64,000 bases of DNA from Candidatus Xenobia bacterium (GTDB lineage: Bacteria; Vulcanimicrobiota; Xenobia; Xenobiales; QWHO01). Shown piece after piece: positions 53,687 through 64,000 of this stretch. The stretch's first letter is position 1. Every line of letters starts with the position of its first letter. The notes below the pieces were generated by a model. That model did not search any database and was not told where the DNA came from. It saw nothing but the letters and a program-made list of their open reading frames with translations. The stretch is taken from positions 1 to 64,000 of the forward strand of contig BTUM01000035.1 in the NCBI GenBank assembly GCA_045863235.1. The letters are read 5' to 3'. Position numbers and translations under genes: made by a program.

Positions 53687-53712
53687 AAAAGGGCCCCGAA
53701 AGGGGCCTTTCG
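53687..53712 (+). terminator. rho-independent terminator-like hairpin
   Basis: aaaagggcccc-gaaa-ggggcctttc, GNRA-loop hairpin 15 nt after the stop. Confidence 0.7.
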
Positions 53713-53773
53713 GTTGTACCCGGGAGGTGCCGCAGGAGGAACCCATTTTCTTCCGTCCAAGTACGCCCGGCCC

Positions 53774-55120
53774 ATGAGCCAGGAAATCGAACGTTACCTC
53801 CTCACCAATGCCACCGTGGTCACCCTGGGTCCCGCCAATCGGGTCCTGCAGGGCCATGGGGTGCTCGTTGACGGTGCCGTGGTGTCTCGGCTGGCCCCCA
53901 GTCCAGAGCTCGAGGCCGCCCACCGCGACATTCCCCACGTGGACATGCGGGGGATGGTGGTCATGCCGGGCAACATCAACGCCCACGACCATCTCTACAG
54001 TGCCCTGGCTCGGGGCATCGCCATGACCGGCGATCCTCCCCAGAACTTCGTTCAGATCCTCGAGCGGCTCTGGTGGCGCCTGGATGCCGCTCTCACCGAG
54101 CAAGACGTTTTTTACAGCGCCTTGCTCGGCTTCGTGGAGGCGGTCAAGCGCGGCACCACCACCATCATCGACCATCACGCCAGCCCCGGCTTCATTGAGG
54201 GCAGTCTCGACGCCCTGGCCAGGGCTGCTCGCCAGGTCGGCCTGAGGGGCTGCTTCTGCTACGAGGTCACCGACCGGCACGGCGAAGAGGGCGCCGAGCT
54301 CGGCATTCGCGAGAACCTGCGTTTTCTCGAGCGCTGCCAGGCCGAGCAAGACCCTTACCTGCGCGGTGCCTTCGGGCTGCACGCCTCGTTCACGGTGAAT
54401 CCGCTGGCTCTGCAGCGCAGCCTCGAGCAAGCCCCCGCGGGCACCTTCTTTCACGTGCACGTGGCCGAAGACTACGCTGACGTGGTCCACAGCCACGAGA
54501 ACTACAAGAAGCCCCCTCTCCAGCGACTGCTCGAGGAGGGCTTGCAGGATTACCCGGTGCTGGCCGCTCATTGCATCCACCTGGAAGAGCCCGAGTATCG
54601 CTGGCTCGAAAGCCACGACGTCACCGTGCTCCACAACCCGGAGTCCAACATGAACAACGCCGTGGGGGTGGCCCAGGTGCGGCGTATCCTGGCAGGCGGA
54701 GGCCGCGTGTGTCTGGGCACCGATGGGATGACCCAGGACATGTTCCAGGAGATCAAAGTGTTGCCCCTGAGCCATCGCCAGAAGGCCCAGCATCCCCAGT
54801 CGTTCGGCTACGACGAGATCTACCGGGTGGCCTACGAGAACAATCCGGCTCTGGCCGAGCGCTTCTTTGGACTGAAGCTGGGTCGGATCGAGGAGGGCGG
54901 GCCGGCCGACCTGATCGCCCTGAAGTATGACCCGCCCACCCCCTTCCATGGCGACAATTTCATGGGACACCTGCTCTTTGGACTGGGGAGCGCTCCGGTG
55001 GACACGACCATCATCGGTGGTCGGGTGGTGGTGCGCAACGGACAGGTGAGCGGGGTGGATGAGGTTGAGCTGGCGGCCCGCTGCCGAGAGCTGGCCGCGG
55101 CCCTGTGGAGTCGCTGGTAA
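53774..55120 (+). CDS. ssnA: SsnA-like metal-dependent amidohydrolase
   Basis: PGNINAHDHLYSALARG, LWWRLD, TTIIDHHAS, FGLHASFT and NPESNMNNAVG motifs. Confidence 0.85.
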   Translation: MSQEIERYLLTNATVVTLGPANRVLQGHGVLVDGAVVSRLAPSPELEAAHRDIPHVDMRGMVVMPGNINAHDHLYSALARGIAMTGDPPQNFVQILERLWWRLDAALTEQDVFYSALLGFVEAVKRGTTTIIDHHASPGFIEGSLDALARAARQVGLRGCFCYEVTDRHGEEGAELGIRENLRFLERCQAEQDPYLRGAFGLHASFTVNPLALQRSLEQAPAGTFFHVHVAEDYADVVHSHENYKKPPLQRLLEEGLQDYPVLAAHCIHLEEPEYRWLESHDVTVLHNPESNMNNAVGVAQVRRILAGGGRVCLGTDGMTQDMFQEIKVLPLSHRQKAQHPQSFGYDEIYRVAYENNPALAERFFGLKLGRIEEGGPADLIALKYDPPTPFHGDNFMGHLLFGLGSAPVDTTIIGGRVVVRNGQVSGVDEVELAARCRELAAALWSRW

Positions 55121-55147
55121 CGCAATCGAGAAAGGTAGCCTGAGCAC

Positions 55148-56425
55148 ATGCTAGAGCACGTTTGGAAGACCGACCCCGAGGTGGCTCGAGCCATCCTCGC
55201 CGAGACCGAGCGCCAGGCCACGACCCTGGAGATGATCGCCTCGGAGAACTTCGTCAGCGAGGCCGTGCTCGAGGCCTCCGGCAGCGTGCTCACGAACAAG
55301 TACGCCGAGGGGTATCCTGGCAAGCGCTACTACGGTGGCTGCGAGTTCGTGGATGTGTGCGAGGATCTGGCCCGCAAGAGGGCTTGCGAGCTGTTCAAGG
55401 CCGACCACGCCAACGTGCAGCCTCACTCCGGCTCCAGCGCCAACATCGCCGCTTACTACGCCATGATGCAGCACGGCGACACGTTGATGGGCATGTCGCT
55501 GGCCCACGGTGGCCACCTCACCCACGGGCACAAGGTCAACTTCTCGGGCACTCACTTCAAGATCGTGCAGTACGAGGTGCATCCCGAGACCGAGTTGATC
55601 GACTACGACCAGGTTCGCTCGCTGGCGCGTGAGCACAAGCCCAAAGTTCTTCTGGCCGGCTGGAGCGCATACTCGCGCCAGATCGACTTCAAGATCTTCC
55701 GCGAGATCGCCGACGAGGTCGGCGCCTTCTTCATGGTCGACATGGCTCACTTTGCGGGGCTGGTGGTGGCCGGCCTGCACGGCAACCCCGTCGAGTATTC
55801 CGACGTGGTCACCACGACGACCCATAAGACCCTGCGGGGTCCGCGTGGGGGCATGATCCTTTGCCGGGAGAAACTGGCCAAGGAGGTCGACAAGCGGATG
55901 TTCCCCGGCTACCAGGGCGGACCCCTTGAGCATGTGATCGCGGCCAAGGCGGTGGCCTTCAAAGAGGCCATGAGTGAGGAGTTCAAAGTTTACCAGCGTC
56001 AGATCGTCGCCAATGCGCGGGCTCTGGCGAAGGCTCTGGCCGAGGGTGGAGCCCGTATCGTGTCGGGAGGCACCGACACCCACCTGATGCTCGTCGACGT
56101 CACCCCGCTCGGGTTGACCGGCCAGACCGCCGAGCACGCCCTCGGGACCGCCGGCATCACGGCCAACAAGAACGCCATTCCCTTTGACAAGAACCCTCCC
56201 GCGGTGGCCAGCGGGATCCGACTTGGAACTCCGGCCCTGACCACACGAGGATTGAAGGAACCTCAAATGGAACAGATCGCGGAGTGGATCCTGGAAGTCC
56301 TCAAGGCTCCCCAGGATGAGGCCAGATTGCGCGACATACGGGGGCGAGTCCTGCGCTTGTGCGAAGAGTTTCCGCTCTATCGCGACCGCCTGGAGCGCAG
56401 CCGAGAAGCGGGAGTGACTGCGTGA
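55148..56425 (+). CDS. glyA: serine hydroxymethyltransferase
   Basis: [29 protein letters not shown] and [14 protein letters not shown] motifs. Confidence 0.98.
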   Translation: MLEHVWKTDPEVARAILAETERQATTLEMIASENFVSEAVLEASGSVLTNKYAEGYPGKRYYGGCEFVDVCEDLARKRACELFKADHANVQPHSGSSANIAAYYAMMQHGDTLMGMSLAHGGHLTHGHKVNFSGTHFKIVQYEVHPETELIDYDQVRSLAREHKPKVLLAGWSAYSRQIDFKIFREIADEVGAFFMVDMAHFAGLVVAGLHGNPVEYSDVVTTTTHKTLRGPRGGMILCREKLAKEVDKRMFPGYQGGPLEHVIAAKAVAFKEAMSEEFKVYQRQIVANARALAKALAEGGARIVSGGTDTHLMLVDVTPLGLTGQTAEHALGTAGITANKNAIPFDKNPPAVASGIRLGTPALTTRGLKEPQMEQIAEWILEVLKAPQDEARLRDIRGRVLRLCEEFPLYRDRLERSREAGVTA

Positions 56426-57762
56426 GCGAAGAGGAAGAGGGCAAGAAGTCCGAGGCGGAAGACGGGGTCGAACGGGTGGAGGACGATGCCGAGGAGGCCA
56501 GGGACTCCGGTTCCTCCGAGGGTGGGGAGAGCGAGCCCTCGGACGAGCCCGTAGAGGACCGGGGCGAGGTCAAGGCCGACGACTCGAAATCGGTCGAGCC
56601 CGGGGGCGAGGGCCGGGCCGGTGGCTCACAATCGGATGAGCCCGAGGGCGACCGCTCGAAGTCGGATGAGCCCGGCCCGAGCGCAGCCGAGGGCTCGAAG
56701 TCAGACGAGCCCGGGGCCGAGAGCGCGAGGTCAGATGAGCCCGGTTCCGACGACTCGGAGTCGGGACGCGAGAGCAAGTCAGACGAGGACGGCGGCGACC
56801 TCCTGCTCGAGGAGGAAGTTTCCGACGAAGAGGTGGCACGCATCCTCGAGGATACCGATCTTGGCGATCTCGAGTTGGAGACCCCCCTGGCTCCTGACCC
56901 GGAAGTGGAGAAGCTCCTGGCTCCCGAGCCTCTGCTACCCTCGGAGGATCCGGTGGTCGACCTGCTGGCCGAGAGCGCTGACATCGACCTTCCCGCCCGC
57001 CCCAGCGATGGACTGGAGATGTTCGAGCCCTCGGCCGAGCCTCACACCGGCCCCGAGCGACGGCGCGGAGAGCGCAAGATCTCCAAGCTCAACAAGCTGC
57101 TCACGGGCCAGGTGGATCTGGGTGAGGGCGATCAGATGGTCTACCTCTATCTGGTCGACCTTTCCGAGGGTGGCATGCGGGTCAACGTCGATCAGAACTT
57201 CCCCGAGGGACAGACCTTCCGGATGAAGCTGGGGTTGGAGTCCTTTGGCTCCGAGCTGGGCCAGGGCGGCGTTCTCGACCTTCCCCTCCAGGTGGTCTGG
57301 CAGAAGCGCCTGGTGGGAGGGATGACGGTGGCCGGCCTGAAGTTCGTCGAGCCCACCGAGGAAGCGCGAGAGGCTGTCAAGCAGATCATGGAGTTGTTCT
57401 CGGTGGAGGGCAAGCGCCGCCGCTTCCGACTCAACCGGGTGCTCGGCGTGGGAATCGGGTTGGACGAGAACACCCGCTGGCTCTATCCTCTGGCGCTCGA
57501 CCTGTCGGTGGGGGGCATGCGCATTCGTACCGAGGAGAACCTGGTGGTGGGCGACGAGTTGACGCTCAAGATTTTCCTGCAGTTCGACCTGCCGGTGGTC
57601 AACGTCAATGCCAAAGTGGTCTGGAAGGAAGAGGTTCAGGCCAACCGGTTCCAGATCGGCCTGGAGTTTCAGAATGTCACTGAGGATGTGGCCCGACCGG
57701 TGCAGGAGTATATCGACCGCTGCCTGGCTGAGGAGATGGGTAAAGCCGGGACTCTCAAGTAG
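56422..57762 (+). CDS. tandem PilZ-domain protein with acidic repetitive N-terminus
   Basis: two RxxxR + DLSxGG motif pairs; GTGA coupling to glyA. Confidence 0.85.
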   Translation: MSEEEEGKKSEAEDGVERVEDDAEEARDSGSSEGGESEPSDEPVEDRGEVKADDSKSVEPGGEGRAGGSQSDEPEGDRSKSDEPGPSAAEGSKSDEPGAESARSDEPGSDDSESGRESKSDEDGGDLLLEEEVSDEEVARILEDTDLGDLELETPLAPDPEVEKLLAPEPLLPSEDPVVDLLAESADIDLPARPSDGLEMFEPSAEPHTGPERRRGERKISKLNKLLTGQVDLGEGDQMVYLYLVDLSEGGMRVNVDQNFPEGQTFRMKLGLESFGSELGQGGVLDLPLQVVWQKRLVGGMTVAGLKFVEPTEEAREAVKQIMELFSVEGKRRRFRLNRVLGVGIGLDENTRWLYPLALDLSVGGMRIRTEENLVVGDELTLKIFLQFDLPVVNVNAKVVWKEEVQANRFQIGLEFQNVTEDVARPVQEYIDRCLAEEMGKAGTLK

Positions 57763-57795
57763 GACTGCGCTCAATTCAGGAATGGGAGACATTGC

Positions 57796-58737
57796 ATGCC
57801 CGGTATAGCTGTCGTGGCCGTGGGGGGGAACTCACTGATCAAGGACAGCGCTCATCAGAGCATACCCCACCAGTATCTGGCCGTCGTGGAGACGGCCCGG
57901 CACATCGCCGACATGGTCCAGGCCGGTTGGGAGGTGGTGGTTACCCACGGAAACGGGCCCCAGGTAGGATTCATCCTGCTGCGGAGCGAGCTGGCCCGAG
58001 GCAAGGTGCACCCCGTTCCGCTGGATGTTTGCGGCGCCGATACCCAGGGGGCCATCGGCTACCATCTCCAGCAGGCACTGCGCAACGTGTTCCTGGAACG
58101 GGGAATGACCAAATCGGCCATCACGCTGGTGACCCAGACGGTGGTCGACCCGCAAGACCCGGCCTTTCAGAAGCCCAGCAAGCCCATCGGTCCTTTCATG
58201 ACCGAGGAGGAGGCCCACCGCCGCGAGCAAGAGGAAGGGTGGGCAGTGGTGGAGGATGCCGGGCGCGGCTGGCGCCGGGTGGTGGCCAGCCCCAAGCCTC
58301 GCGAGATCGTGGAGCTCGATGCCATCAACACGATGATCGGGGCCGGCTTTCTGGTCATCGCGGTGGGCGGCGGAGGGATCCCGGTCGTGCCGAACTCAGA
58401 CGGGGCTCTGGAAGGGGTGGCGGCCGTGATCGACAAGGACCTGGCCTCCAGCCTGCTCGCTCAGCAGCTCAAGGCGGACCTGTTTGTCATCTCGACCGCC
58501 GTCGAGAAGGTGTGCTTGCGCTTTGGCACCCCGGAGCAGGAGGAGCTGAGCCAGCTCACGGCCGCTCAAGCCCGTCAGTATCTCGAGGAGGGCCACTTCA
58601 AGGCCGGCAGCATGAAGCCCAAGGTGGAGGCTGTGCTGGCCTATCTGGACGCCAACGGAAAGAAGGCCCTCATCACCAACCCTGAGAATCTCAAGCGGGC
58701 TCTCGGGGGGGAAACGGGTACCCACTTCTCGGCCTGA
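57796..58737 (+). CDS. arcC: carbamate kinase
   Basis: VAVGGNSL, THGNGPQVG, KPIGPF, WRRVVASPKP, AVIDKD and GSMKPK motifs. Confidence 0.96.
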   Translation: MPGIAVVAVGGNSLIKDSAHQSIPHQYLAVVETARHIADMVQAGWEVVVTHGNGPQVGFILLRSELARGKVHPVPLDVCGADTQGAIGYHLQQALRNVFLERGMTKSAITLVTQTVVDPQDPAFQKPSKPIGPFMTEEEAHRREQEEGWAVVEDAGRGWRRVVASPKPREIVELDAINTMIGAGFLVIAVGGGGIPVVPNSDGALEGVAAVIDKDLASSLLAQQLKADLFVISTAVEKVCLRFGTPEQEELSQLTAAQARQYLEEGHFKAGSMKPKVEAVLAYLDANGKKALITNPENLKRALGGETGTHFSA

Positions 58738-58740
58738 ACC

Positions 58741-58749
58741 TGCTATAAT
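58741..58749 (+). promoter_or_regulatory. consensus extended -10 promoter element
   Basis: TGCTATAAT about 25-30 bp upstream of the HD-GYP gene. Confidence 0.65.
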
Positions 58750-58773
58750 GAACCGGTACCGCGCCTTCAGGGG

Positions 58774-61425
58774 GTGGCTTTGTCTGACGACAACCGGATT
58801 GGAAATGGTCGAGGCTCCGAGCGCTCTGAGCGCTCGGAGCGCTCGCGCGGGTCCCGGTCGGCCAGGGAGAACGGCCGGGCCGAACGGACCACCGGCTCCA
58901 CCGTTCCCAACATGCGCAGCCTCTTCTTCCATGATGCCGACCGGATGATGGTGCTTCAGGATGCGCGCACCTCCAATCAGGAGATCTTCCAGGGCTGGAG
59001 CCGAGCTGCGGGTGATGAGAACCGAGGCCCCGGGCGCTCCGAAGACGCTCCCGGACAGAATCGGGGGGCGGGCCGCTCAGACGACGATCGGGGGGAGAAT
59101 CGGGGCCCGGGACGCTCAGACGACCGCGGGGAGAATCGGGGCCCGGGACGCTCGGAAGACGCCCCCGGCCAGAATCGGGGGCCCGGACGGTCCGACGACG
59201 ACCGGGGCGAAAATCGAGGGCCGAGCCGCTCAGACGACCGGGGCCCGGGCCGCTCCGAGGAGGCGCCCGGTCAGAATCGGGCGCCCAATCGCCCGGATAG
59301 CGACGACCGTGGGTCGAGGCGCTCGGAGGACGACCGGGGTGAAAATCGAGGACCCAACCGCTCGGATGACGACAGGGGCGCACGCCGAACTGACGAGAGC
59401 CGCCAGACTCGCCGAACCGAGGAGAGCGAGCGGCGCGAGCCGCCCGGTCAGGCCAAGAAGAACGATGAGTCTCGCCGCGAGGAGAACCGTCTGCGCACCG
59501 ATGGTCCCGGCCACAGCGAGGATGCACCGGGGCAGGCCCGCAAGCGAGAGGGCCCGGAGGAGCGCAGTTCGCTGATGGAGCGGATCCGTGAGGCCATGCG
59601 CAAAGAGGAGACCCGCCGCCAGGAGCCGGCAGAGCCGGCCCGGCGCGACCCTCCCCAGAACCAGCAAAGCGAGCCCCGGCGACCGGCCCAGGCCCAACCC
59701 GAGCCACCGCGTAAGGCCCCCCTCCCGGCTCAGCCCGAGCCCCCGCGCAAGCAGCCCGCGGCCGAGACGATGCGCCGCCCGCCCGACGAGCCCGTGCGCA
59801 AGATTCCGGTCGTGGTCTCGGCTCCGGTCCATCAGCCCGTGCGCAAGCCCGAGACCCAGGCGGGTGCTGCTGTCCCCGAGCAGCCCACGCCGACCCCTCC
59901 TCAACCGGCCTCGCGAGCACTCTACAAGCGGCTCGACGCGCCCCCCCGGCTGCCCGAGCAGAGTACCGCGCCGACCGCCCGGGTGAATTCGCCGCAGGTT
60001 CCACAGGAGAGCCGCCTGCCGACCCCCCAGGCACGTCTCCCCGAGCTGCCGCGAGCCCCCCGGGGCGAGCAGCCGATGACGCCCGCCCCCACACCCGCGG
60101 TGCGGGCCGATCGGCCGGCACCGCAGCGGGTGGATCCGGCGCCTTCGCACGCGACCGTGGTCTCGCGCAGCTCGGCCGAAGGGGCGGGCACCCAGAGCGG
60201 CGGCCAGCAGGAGTCCGAGGGTCGGGCGCGGCCCACTGAGATCGCTCGGCTCTCAGCCCCGGTCGTGCGTGAGAATCGCTTGCTGAGTCGTTTCCTGCTG
60301 CCGGGCCGGGCCGAGCTCGAGGAAGAGCTGGAGGCTCTCAAGAACTCCCCCCGCGTCGAGTCGATCAGCAAGCGCAACCGCGGCGGCCAGGGTGGGGGAG
60401 GGGGGCAGCAGTCCTCGGGTCAGTCCGCCGGCCAGGCCTCCGGGGGGCCGGCGGCCGAAGTGGGCCTGGAGGTGGTCGATCCGCACACAGGCCTGCCCAG
60501 AATGTTGATCCGTCCGGGCCTGCAGCCGATTTTGCCTCAGCTCGAGCAGCTCTTTTCCACGGCCGGTCTGGCCTATGCCGCTGACACTGAGGATACGCCA
60601 GAGTTCATGCGCTCCTACTGGATCGCCATGGCCTGGCTCAGCCAGCATCAAGAACAGCACGGCTTGAACGAGCGGATGTGCTACTTCGGCGCGGCCATGT
60701 TCGAGGGGATGCAGGGTTGGCGCCGCAAGGGCCAGGTCAGCGAAGAGCAGGTGGTCAACCGGCTGCTGGCCATGCTGGCCGAGGAGGGGGGCTTTCTTGG
60801 CGAGCACTCGCTGCGGGTCATGACCTTCGCCGACGCTGTCTGCGAAGACCTGAACGTCCAGGACCCGGCCATCCGCGAGCAGGTTCGCTCGGGAGCCCTG
60901 CTGCGCGATCTGGGCATGGCGGGGCTGGATTACCGACAGCTTCCCCCGATGCTCTCCGAGCAGTTCAACGGACTTCGAAGCTCCGGAGACCTGCACATGG
61001 CCGGTCGCCTGGCGGATATTGGAGCTCTGCGCGTGCCGGCCGAGATCCGCAACAAACCCGGGCCTCTGAATGCCGAGGAGCGGGCTCTGATGGAGAAGCA
61101 TCCCGAATTTGGTGAGCAGTTCCTGGCCCGCTTTCCGCCCTTCCGCCACCTGGGCCCCATCGTGCGGGCTCATCATGAGCGCTGGGACGGGCGGGGATAC
61201 CCGGACGGACTGATGGGTCGGCGCATCCCCATGGCCGCGCGCATCATCGCCGTTTCGGATGTCTTCGACGCCCTCACCAGCGAGCGCCCCTGGCGTGAAG
61301 CCTGGAGCTACGAGCGCGCGGTCAGTGCCATCCAGGAGGGGGCGGGTACCCAGTTCGACCCGGAGGTGGTCCGGGCATTCCTGAGAACGAGCCGCCGCCT
61401 GAAGGCGGGCGGATACCTCGACTGA
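58774..61425 (+). CDS. HD-GYP domain protein (degenerate HD) with long repetitive N-terminus
   Basis: EHSLRV, NKPGPL, HHERWDGRGYP, ARIIAVSDVFDAL and GTQFDP motifs. Confidence 0.85.
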   Translation: MALSDDNRIGNGRGSERSERSERSRGSRSARENGRAERTTGSTVPNMRSLFFHDADRMMVLQDARTSNQEIFQGWSRAAGDENRGPGRSEDAPGQNRGAGRSDDDRGENRGPGRSDDRGENRGPGRSEDAPGQNRGPGRSDDDRGENRGPSRSDDRGPGRSEEAPGQNRAPNRPDSDDRGSRRSEDDRGENRGPNRSDDDRGARRTDESRQTRRTEESERREPPGQAKKNDESRREENRLRTDGPGHSEDAPGQARKREGPEERSSLMERIREAMRKEETRRQEPAEPARRDPPQNQQSEPRRPAQAQPEPPRKAPLPAQPEPPRKQPAAETMRRPPDEPVRKIPVVVSAPVHQPVRKPETQAGAAVPEQPTPTPPQPASRALYKRLDAPPRLPEQSTAPTARVNSPQVPQESRLPTPQARLPELPRAPRGEQPMTPAPTPAVRADRPAPQRVDPAPSHATVVSRSSAEGAGTQSGGQQESEGRARPTEIARLSAPVVRENRLLSRFLLPGRAELEEELEALKNSPRVESISKRNRGGQGGGGGQQSSGQSAGQASGGPAAEVGLEVVDPHTGLPRMLIRPGLQPILPQLEQLFSTAGLAYAADTEDTPEFMRSYWIAMAWLSQHQEQHGLNERMCYFGAAMFEGMQGWRRKGQVSEEQVVNRLLAMLAEEGGFLGEHSLRVMTFADAVCEDLNVQDPAIREQVRSGALLRDLGMAGLDYRQLPPMLSEQFNGLRSSGDLHMAGRLADIGALRVPAEIRNKPGPLNAEERALMEKHPEFGEQFLARFPPFRHLGPIVRAHHERWDGRGYPDGLMGRRIPMAARIIAVSDVFDALTSERPWREAWSYERAVSAIQEGAGTQFDPEVVRAFLRTSRRLKAGGYLD
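59017..59379 (+). repeat. coding tandem repeats (~36-39 bp; ENRGPGRSDDDRG / QNRGPGRSEDAPG)
   Basis: about 9-10 degenerate units, visible in both DNA and protein. Confidence 0.9.
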
Positions 61426-61547
61426 CGGGAAGAAACCTCCTCCTCCTCGCGACCTGGAGAAGCGTGGAGTGAACCTGCGCCGGACAGGCAAGTCCTTCAT
61501 CATAGAACGCTCCACAGTATGAAACGCAGTTCATTCGGGAGGAACCC

Positions 61548-62690
61548 ATGAAGAAGCATTTTCTCTGCGCCGCCTTGAGTGGTGCTTTGCTGGCCTCGCT
61601 GGCTACCCAGCCGGGCCTGGCCAAGCGCGACGAGCCGGGCGGCTCGCGCGATACCATCCAACTGGCTCTGTTGCTGGATACCTCCAACAGCATGGACGGC
61701 CTGATCGATCAGGCCAAGAGCCAGCTGTGGAAAGTCGTCAACGAGTTCTCGGAGATGAAGAAGGATGGCAAGGTCCCTCGCCTGGAGGTGGCCCTGTATC
61801 AATACGGCAACGACGGCCTGAACGCCCGGGAGGGCTACGTGCAGCAGGTGGTGCCTTTCACCACCGACCTGGACAGGGTCTCCGAGCATCTCTTCAAGCT
61901 CAAGACCAACGGCGGCGAGGAGTATTGCGGCTGGGTCATGCGCTCGGCCCTGAAACAGCTCTCCTGGAGCGACAAGCCCAAAGACATCCGGGTGATGTTC
62001 ATCGCCGGCAACGAGCCCTTCAACCAGGGCACGGTCAACTACAAGGAAGTCTGCGCTTCTGCCCGCCAGAAGGACGTGCTCGTCAACACCATCTTCTGCG
62101 GGCCGCGCGGTGAAGGCGTGGAGACCGCCTGGTCGGATGGCGCCAAGCTGGGCGGGGGCGATTACCTGTGCATCGATCAGGACCGCAAGGTGGTCGATAT
62201 CCCCACCCCCTATGACGCCGAACTGGCCGCCCTCAGCACAAAGGTCAATGATACCTACGTCGCCTACGGCGACCGCGGGGGCGCCGGCCGGGCCCGCCAG
62301 GAAGAGCAGGACAAGAACGCCGCCGCCGCTGCACCCTCGGTTGCCGCTCAGCGGGCCAACACCAAGGCCGGGGCCAACTACAGCAACGCCGGCTGGGACC
62401 TGGTCGACGCCAGTCGCGAGGGCGAGGTGGACGTGCGCAAAGTTCCCAAAGACCAGCTGCCGGCCGAGATGCAGTCCATGAACGAGGCCGAGCGGGCGGC
62501 CTACGTCGAGAAGAAGTCCAAGGAGCGTTCGGCCCTGCAGGCTCGTATTCGCGAGCTCTCGGCCAAGCGCGACGCCTTCCTGGCCGAGAAGCAGAAGGCC
62601 GCTTCAGGCGCGGAAACGCTGGACGAGGCGATGATCAAGGCTGTGCGCACCGAGGCCGTCAAGCGCGGCTACACCGTTCCCAAAACCTGA
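61548..62690 (+). CDS. secreted von Willebrand factor A domain protein
   Basis: signal peptide; LLLDTSNSM MIDAS motif; GGAGG RBS. Confidence 0.88.
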   Translation: MKKHFLCAALSGALLASLATQPGLAKRDEPGGSRDTIQLALLLDTSNSMDGLIDQAKSQLWKVVNEFSEMKKDGKVPRLEVALYQYGNDGLNAREGYVQQVVPFTTDLDRVSEHLFKLKTNGGEEYCGWVMRSALKQLSWSDKPKDIRVMFIAGNEPFNQGTVNYKEVCASARQKDVLVNTIFCGPRGEGVETAWSDGAKLGGGDYLCIDQDRKVVDIPTPYDAELAALSTKVNDTYVAYGDRGGAGRARQEEQDKNAAAAAPSVAAQRANTKAGANYSNAGWDLVDASREGEVDVRKVPKDQLPAEMQSMNEAERAAYVEKKSKERSALQARIRELSAKRDAFLAEKQKAASGAETLDEAMIKAVRTEAVKRGYTVPKT

Positions 62691-62702
62691 GAGTCAGCCC
62701 GG

Positions 62703-62761
62703 TCGCAACATCTGGTGGGGGCGGTTGAGATACGCCCTCCCGCCACCACAGGATGTTGCGG
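62703..62761. repeat. imperfect inverted repeat between convergent genes
   Basis: cgcaacatc-tggtgg ... ccacca-cag-gatgttgcg. Confidence 0.6.
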
Positions 62762-62850
62762 CAGAGAACCTCCGCGCTCTAGCAGGCTGATACAAAACCG
62801 GTTGTGGTGTCGAAGCGTTGAGCGCAAGATGATGCAAAAGCCCTCTTTGA

Positions 62851-64000
62851 CTAGGCCACCGACTCGGGGTTGCGGAAGCTGGCCACGCTGATCTCGGGAG
62901 TTGGGGCCAGCACGACCCGGTTGCGCCCCTTCAGTTTGGCCTGATAGAGGGCCGTGTCGGCGGCTTTGATCAGAGCCGTGCAGGCCTGCCCGTGGGTGGG
63001 GTAGGAGGATACGCCCACCGAGATGCTGATGGGCGAGAGGTTCTGGCGTCCGACGCTGACCTCGAGCCGGCTGATCCCCTCGCGCAGGGCCTCGGCCCGG
63101 GCCGCGCCGTTTTGCAGAGAGCTTCCGGGCAGGATGAGAATGAACTCCTCGCCTCCATAGCGGCAGGCCACGTCCTCGGCCCGCACGTTCTCCCTCAGGA
63201 AACGGCCCACGGCCTGGAGCACGACATCGCCGGCGTCGTGGCCAAACTGGTCGTTGAAGCGCTTGAAGTGGTCCACGTCCAGCATGATGATGCTGACCGA
63301 CTCGCGCTTGCGGCGGGCGCGGAAGACCTCGCGCTCCAGCGACTCTTCCATGAAGCGACGGTTATAGAGCCCGGTCAGGGTATCGCGCACCGACTGCTGG
63401 CGCAGGGTCTCCCGCAAGACCAGGTTGGCGATGGCCAGGGAGAGCTGCTCGGCCACGTTCTCGGCCAACTGCATCGTCTCCTGAGCCAGGGGCAGGTCGC
63501 TCAGAGGGCGCAGGTGGAGGATGCCGAGCGCCTCTCCCTGGGCCATCATGGGCACGCACAGCGTCCAACTCGAGCCCTCGTCGTCCACATGAGCGCAGAA
63601 CGGCTCGGGGTCGCCCTGGCGGGCGTAATGGGTGCAGCCGCGCCGGAGCGACCAGCAGCTGGGCGGCGTGAACACCTCGTCGGCGGCATTCCATCCCCAA
63701 CAGGTCAGGGTCTCGACCACGTTCTTGGAAGGTGAGATCAGCATCACCGAGCCAGCCGTCTCGGGGAAGAGCCGCAGAAAGAACGGTCCCACCGAGCGGA
63801 AGGCCTCCTGCTTGTCTTGCGAGGACTCGATCAACTCCAGCAGTCGCCGCAAGAGGTCGGCGTCCTGGCTGCGTCGCTGCAGGCTGTGCACCATCTCCTC
63901 CAGGGAGGCATGGCTGGTCAGAATTTCCTGCTGGGTGGTTTGACGCTCCCGCTGCAACTGGTCGCTCATGTCGTTGAAGGCGGCGGCCAGCTCGGCGATC
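62851..64000 (-). CDS. diguanylate cyclase (HAMP-GAF-GGDEF), 5' part beyond the window edge
   Basis: RDTLTGLYNRR, DVDHFK, RAED I-site, RYGGEEF; frame open to 64000 with a HAMP-like IAELAAAFNDM. Confidence 0.93.
   Translation of the reverse strand, partial: IAELAAAFNDMSDQLQRERQTTQQEILTSHASLEEMVHSLQRRSQDADLLRRLLELIESSQDKQEAFRSVGPFFLRLFPETAGSVMLISPSKNVVETLTCWGWNAADEVFTPPSCWSLRRGCTHYARQGDPEPFCAHVDDEGSSWTLCVPMMAQGEALGILHLRPLSDLPLAQETMQLAENVAEQLSLAIANLVLRETLRQQSVRDTLTGLYNRRFMEESLEREVFRARRKRESVSIIMLDVDHFKRFNDQFGHDAGDVVLQAVGRFLRENVRAEDVACRYGGEEFILILPGSSLQNGAARAEALREGISRLEVSVGRQNLSPISISVGVSSYPTHGQACTALIKAADTALYQAKLKGRNRVVLAPTPEISVASFRNPESVA

Noticed and set aside
59017..59379. CRISPR-like periodic repeats
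   Set aside because: Degenerate in-frame coding repeats without unique spacers.

Overview
High-GC bacterial chromosomal segment with about 55 credible CDSs. No rRNA, tRNA, CRISPR array or transposase was recognised. The mix of many prepilin-type genes, Ser/Thr kinases, TPR and CHAT proteins is reminiscent of Ca. Eremiobacterota/Vulcanimicrobiota; this is an impression and was not tested. Housekeeping and metabolic genes include thiN, rpmB, a cobB-type sirtuin, ftsY, glyA, arcC, a fused aspartokinase-homoserine dehydrogenase, a xanthine dehydrogenase-family trio, and mocA-like and ssnA-like genes. The most striking content is four separate type IV filament minor-pilin triads (PilV/W/X- or GspI/J/K-like), each with an unusually large (555-726 aa) PilX-like protein. 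Two triads are a near-tandem duplication that differs mainly in a ~120-aa variable domain of the X protein. A third is followed by a ~100-bp orphan relic of another X paralog. The fourth is translationally coupled to a GAF-PilC fusion and a receptor-type Ser/Thr kinase. The window also holds a two-copy ~100-bp MITE-like element, a 51-bp direct repeat with a palindromic spacer, an AbiEii-like nucleotidyltransferase pair, a degenerate repeat-rich HD-GYP protein, and several probable leaderless genes. Start codons were adjusted by eye from the ORF track. All functional calls are motif-based; no database searches were run.
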